64,000 nucleotides of DNA from Octopus sinensis (Eukaryota), in NCBI RefSeq assembly GCF_006345805.1, contig NC_043002.1, forward strand, positions 72,850,001 to 72,914,000. Direction: 5' to 3'. The notes beneath the pieces are model-generated. The model did no database searches. It worked only from the letters and a program-made list of their open reading frames with translations, and was not told the DNA's origin. Position 1 is the first letter of the stretch. Every line of letters begins with the position of its first letter. This document shows, one piece after another, positions 58,895 to 64,000 of the stretch. The position numbers and the translations under genes are program-made.

Positions 58895-60150
58895 TAGGCA
58901 CAGGAATGGCTGTGTGGTTAAAGAGCTCGCTTTGCAACCATGTCGTTTTGGGTTTAGTTCCACTGTGTAGCACCTTGGGCAGATGTATTTTGCTTTAGTC
59001 CTTGTGAAGGAATTTGGTAGACAGAAAATTTGGAAGTCCTTTGTGTCTGAGTTTGTTACCCCCCTCCCCCCACCGCTTGATAACCATGTTGTTTGGTTAC
59101 TACGTATGTCAGTTGATACGTATGTCAGTGCTACGTATGTCAGTTGATACCATCTCTGGCAAGGGCTTTGAAAAAAAACCAAGAAGAAGTTCCAGACACC
59201 CAGCTGAGTACTTGACAGACACTGACTTTGCTGACGACATCGCTCTTATCAGTGATTCTCTCTCCAATGACCAGTCTCTTTTACAATCTCTTGAACAAGC
59301 CTCAAATTGTGTAGGTCTTTACCTCAATGAGACCAAAACTGAATACATAAACAAGTGCCTGTCCAACAGTAATTGCATCATCCACACTCTCAACAGTGCA
59401 CCTTTAAATATGGTTTCTGATTATAAATATCTTGGGTCATACATATCATCATCTGGAAAAGACTTTCTAACTAGAAAGGGTATGGCCTGGTCAGCCTGTA
59501 ATGACATGCATAAGATCTGGTCATCAAATCTAAGTAGAGACTTCAAACTTGAAATATTCAAAGCCACAGTCGAACCAATTCTACTATATGGCTCAGAAAC
59601 CTGGACGTTATCAAAGAAGCTTGAGAGGCGGTTGGATGGAACCTACACTCGCCTCCTTATGAGAGCTCAAAATCTCTCGTGGAGGCGCCATCCAACTAAA
59701 ATGCAAATATATGGGAAATTACCACCTGTGTCATCTCTTGTGAAAGGTAGGAGAGTCCAGTTTGCTGGACATTGTTGTAGAGCTGAAAAAGAAGTAATTT
59801 CTACTCTTCTCCTCTGGAAGCCATCTACTCGCAACACCAGAGGGCGCACACTCTCCTACCCTGATGTAATCTCCAGGGATACAGGCATCCAGCAACAGGA
59901 CCTCCGTAATGCTATGATGGACCGTGAAGTCTGGCGCAACATGGTAAATTCCATTGTCTCGACCATGGTCGAACAATGATGATGATGATTGGTTACTTCC
60001 CCATAGCCTAGCAGTTCAGTAAAAGAGACTGATAGAATAAGTGCCAGATTTAGGAAGAAACATAAGTGCTAGGGTCGATTTTTTCCGCCAAAATTCTTCA
60101 AGGTAGTGCTGTAGCATGGCCACAGTCCAATAACTAAAACAAATAAAATA
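58895..60150 (+). mobile_element. SINE family A split by the RTE LINE at 59102-59988
   Basis: 5' half 58895-59101; 3' half resumes at 59989. Confidence 0.8.
59102..59988 (+). mobile_element. Young 5'-truncated RTE-like LINE (RT C-terminal half) inserted into a SINE
   Basis: Uninterrupted ORF with DFADDIAL, YKYLGS, LLYGSETWTL, FAGHC; (GAT)n tail; 9-bp TSD TTGGTTACT at 59093-59101 and 59989-59997. Confidence 0.93.
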
Positions 60151-60395
60151 TAAAAAATAAAACGCAAGAAAAATATATAAAATACATTGGAAAAAAAATT
60201 TGGGTTTCATACTAGTTGAAGTATAAGTTATCTCCCTTGTACCATATTAACGTATACTAGTATATATTTAGACTAGAGTTTCATAAAGTAATTTTTGAGG
60301 AATCACAGGGATTCTATGAAAAATTTTGAGGTTCGTAGATAAGGCACCTTTTGATAAAATTCATTTTATTCACTATTTTCAAAATAATAAAATTA

Positions 60396-60636
60396 TATTC
60401 TGTTGTGTCTGGGGAGAGTAATTTTTTTTTGAGCCTTATAATTTAACACACTCACTGGTAAAATTTCCACTTATTTTTTATTTTTATTTTCCTAAAATTT
60501 TAGTTGCGTATTGCAACCTTTTCAATAGTCTTGACTCTGTCCGTTAAATAACGGAAATAAGTGGAAATTTTACTGGTGAGTGTGTTAAATTATAAGGCAC
60601 AAAAAGAAAATGACTCTCCCCAGACACAACAGAATA
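60396..60636. mobile_element. Long-TIR MITE (fold-back hairpin)
   Basis: ~85-bp near-perfect inverted arms tattctgttgtgtctggggagag... / ...ctctccccagacacaacagaata. Confidence 0.88.
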
Positions 60637-61379
60637 TGCTTCAACACATGAACACAAATAAAGTATCTTGCAAACCAAATCCAAAAGCAAAAAAATAAAT
60701 TATATGTTCTCTAAGTAATGTGGTTGGTGTTAGGAAGGGCATCCAGCCATAAAAACTTTGCCAATGCAGACAGGGAAGCTGTACCCATGCCAGCATGGAA
60801 AACATGTTAAATAATGATGATGATGATGTTTGCTTATTTATTTAATATTTGAAGCAATACTCTCTCTAAAACAGTTTTTGTTTGTCTTTAAAATAATGGT
60901 ATGGGGTTCTATAAATTTTAGAAAAAACACCATTCGAGCATGATCGTTACCTGCATCGCCTTACTGGCACTTGTGCTGGTGGCACATGAAAAAACATTCG
61001 AGCGAGGTCATTGCCATTGCTGCTGGACTGGCTCTTGTGCAGGTGGCACATAAAAAGCACCATTTGAGCGTGGCCATTACCAGTACCGCCTGACTAGCCT
61101 TCGTGTCAGTGGCATGTAAAACACCCACAGAGTGGTTGGCATTAGGAAGGGCATCCAGCTGTAGAAACTCTGCCAGATCAGATTGGAGCCTGGTGCAGCC
61201 ATCTGTTTCGCCAGACCTCAGTCAAATCGTCCAACCCATGCTAGCATGGAAAGTGGACGTTAAATGATGATGATGATGATATACAAGGGAATCACTATGC
61301 TAGATTAAAAAGGCTAATCATGGAACATTTGAAGATGATGACAACTGTTTTGATAATTATGCTAATGAGGCTGATGGTA

Positions 61380-61700
61380 ATCATAATGTCTACCTCAATC
61401 CCCTTATTGACCTGTTTCTCTGCTAGAATTATGCCCATACCTCCTACCTTGTCACTGTTCCCCCTCCCCCACCAAAGAGTTTGTACCTGTACCTCTTGCC
61501 TATGAGGAACTTGGCTGAAGATCCTCTCCACCTTACTTCTTAATGCAACACACATCAACATGTCTCCGTTCAGCATCTCAACAACCACACCAAGCCTACC
61601 TTTCAATGTGCCTACATTGATAGTGCCAACTCTGAGGAAATGTACAAAGAAGCAGGAGGTAACATGTGACAGGAGAACTGCATCTTTCAGCATCCAAAAA
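61380..61700 (-). mobile_element. Degenerate RTE LINE endonuclease (APE) N-terminal fragment
   Basis: LRVGTINVGTLKGR..VVEML and GNSDKVGGMGIILAEK..NK.IEV motifs; frameshifted. Confidence 0.8.
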
Positions 61701-62155
61701 GAAGGTTCTTATAAGTGTTTTCTAACAGACATGTCATATCAGTTCTCCCCACATTTAATAATGAACTTCAATCATATTTTACCAATGCAATATCACATTC
61801 TTGGTACTTGTGCTGGTGGCATGTGAAAAAACATTCGAGCAGGGTCATTGCCAGTGCCACTGGATTGGCTCCTGTGCAGGTGGTACGTAAAAAACACCAT
61901 TTGAGTGTGGCCATGGCAGTGCTGCCTGACTGGCCCTCATGCCAGTGATACATAAAAGCACTCACTACACTCTCAGAGTGGTTGGCGTTAGGAAGGGCAT
62001 CCAGCTGTAGAAACTCTGCCAGATCAAGATTGGAGCCTGGTGCAGCCATCTGGTTTATCAGTCCTCAGTCAAGTCGTCCAACCCATGCTAGCATGGAAAG
62101 CAGACATTAAATGATGATGATGATGATGATGATGAACACTGTTGTTAGAGGATGT

Positions 62156-62360
62156 ACAGGGGTGCTGAAAACTTCCTGGCTTTAGGTAAAAGAAAGTACA
62201 GGAGGATCAGTTGATTCTGATTTTATTCAACATATTTCCTTCTCAGATTCACACGCTTATTGCAGCGGTCCTTCAGTTTTTCTAAGCCTTGTAAAACGTT
62301 GGGCCTCCAACCAAGCTTTTGTGATATCCTTAAAACTAGGAACTTTTCAGCTCTCCCTTG
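62156..62360. mobile_element. Mariner-type MITE, intact copy of the family split at 14030-15150
   Basis: TIRs tacaggggtgctgaaaacttcctgg / ctaggaacttttcagctctcccttgta; internal sequence matches 14030-14090 + 14985-15145. Confidence 0.8.
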
Positions 62361-62514
62361 TATATATGCCTGGGTGTGACAAAGAGGGAGAGGGCATGTG
62401 GTTTAGTTATATGAGATAGTGGGGTTATTGATTATGTGCTCTCACTAACTTGAGAAGTTTTAGCACAAAACATTCTTCATGGCAAACCTAAATAGGTTTA
62501 TATATACTCTTTCC

Positions 62515-62905
62515 TACTCTAGACACAAGGTCTGAAATTTTGGAGGAGCGGGGCAGTCGATTAGATCAATCCCAGTATGCAACTGGTACTTAATCTACTG
62601 ACCCCAAAAGGATGAAAGGCAAAGTTGACCTTCGCAGAATTTGAACTCAGAATGTAAAGACAGACAAAATACTTATTTCTTTACTACCCACAAGGGGCTA
62701 AACACAGAGAGGACAAACAAGGACAGACAAACGGATTAAGTTGATTATATCAACCCCAGTGTGTAACTGGTACTTATTTAATTGACCCCGAAAGGATGAA
62801 AGGCAAAGTTGACCTTGGCGAAATTTGAACTCAGAACCTAACGGCAGACGAAATACTGTTAAGCATTTCACCTGGCCCCTAACGTTTCTGCCAGCTCACC
62901 GCCTT
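62515..62905 (-). mobile_element. SINE family B, dimeric copy
   Basis: Two cores in reverse orientation. Confidence 0.85.
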
Positions 62906-64000
62906 AGGTTTATATATACTAAATGATCGGAAGAGATCATTATTATTGTTATTATGTCTGCTTTTTCCATGCAGGCATGCATTTGATTTAACTTATTCAG
63001 GTAGAGTTTTATGGCTACATGCCTTTCCTCTTGTCATCCCTTATCTGTTTTTCGAGGAAGGGTTGATAAAGGGTATTTTTATTCAAGTGGTTTTCACATG
63101 TCTAAACTGTTGTTGTTTATGGGAGACGTAAGCATAATGTCACCACCACCCAGATGCTGTTAACATGAAAGCAGACAAAAATAAACCTTTCTGCATACAT
63201 GCATGTGCACGCAGACACATGCACACACACACACACACACATGATGGGCTATGTATTGTAAGTTACTTGGTGACTTCACTAGTGCCTGTATCATGTAAAA
63301 AGCACTTGGTACATTGTGTGAAGTGGTTGGCATTAGGAAGGGACATCCAGCCATAGAAATCATGCCAAAGCAGAAATTGAAACTTGGCACAATTCTCTGG
63401 TTCATTGGTTTCTGTCAAACTCACCAACCCATGCCAGCATGGAAAACGGCTGTTAAATGATGATAGTTTGTAATCACCACCACCATCATCATCATCATAA
63501 CATCCACTTTTCCATATTGGCATGCATCAGATAAAGCTTGTCGAGGTAGTTTTATAACATCTCTATAGCTGCACATGTTTGCACTAGAGATTGTAAACAA
63601 AGAGACCATTGTATAGACAGTTGCTTTCTTTTTTTTTTATATATATTTTCATTCCTTTTTTTTTTTCACATAGTGCACACATAACACCAAGACAACGAGA
63701 TGACAAACAAATAGTCATATAGATACTTTTCCTTTGCCAGTTTCATTCACAAGGCATTGGGTCAGTGCAAGGCAATAGAAGATGCCTGCCCAAGATGTCA
63801 TGCTGTGAGATTGAACCTGAAAGCACATTGTTATGAAATGAACTTTATTACCACACAACCATACCTGTACTTCATTACTGGGGAAGATTACTTGTAGCTT
63901 GCACCTGTAGTAACTAGGATACCCTGACGTTCTGCATAGAAAACAAATGTGATAAATTAGAAAATGGACTAATTTTAAATCTCACAATGCGAGATATTCA

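Noticed and set aside
155-63609. Most of the 60-130 aa ORFs in the supplied track
   Set aside because: They overlap SINEs, RTE UTR copies or microsatellites (recurrent FLQLDALPNANH, YIYIYI, HTHTHT peptides) and lack splice or homology support.

Overview
AT-rich, repeat-dense metazoan genomic DNA, most likely Octopus (coleoid cephalopod). This is inferred from the SINE/RTE/mariner repeat families and a mollusc-type mitochondrial ND5 fragment. Three spliced protein-coding genes were rebuilt by hand from GT-AG junctions and exon phase. (1) The 3' end of a TRIM-like coiled-coil + SPRY/B30.2 gene (+, 3 exons, stop 6419). (2) A complete BRD7/BRD9 bromodomain gene (-, 16 coding exons, 44570 to 17800, 693 aa). 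(3) COX11 (+, 3 exons at 49458-55257), head-to-head with BRD7/9; its first and last exons were not located. The rest is SINEs, RTE/CR1 LINE fragments, Tc1/mariner, piggyBac-, hAT- and Helentron-type elements and microsatellites. Top oddity: an inverted ~79%-identical copy of BRD7/9 exon 2 lies in the next intron and could act as an ADAR editing-complementary sequence. Other oddities: an inverted pair of Penelope-type hammerhead remnants, a 5S rRNA head fused to a SINE tail, an ND5 NUMT inside a SINE, a three-layer nested transposon, and a young RTE LINE with a stuttered 5' junction. All calls were made by eye with no database searches; repeat family names come from remembered consensus motifs, and repeat boundaries are approximate unless a TSD is quoted.
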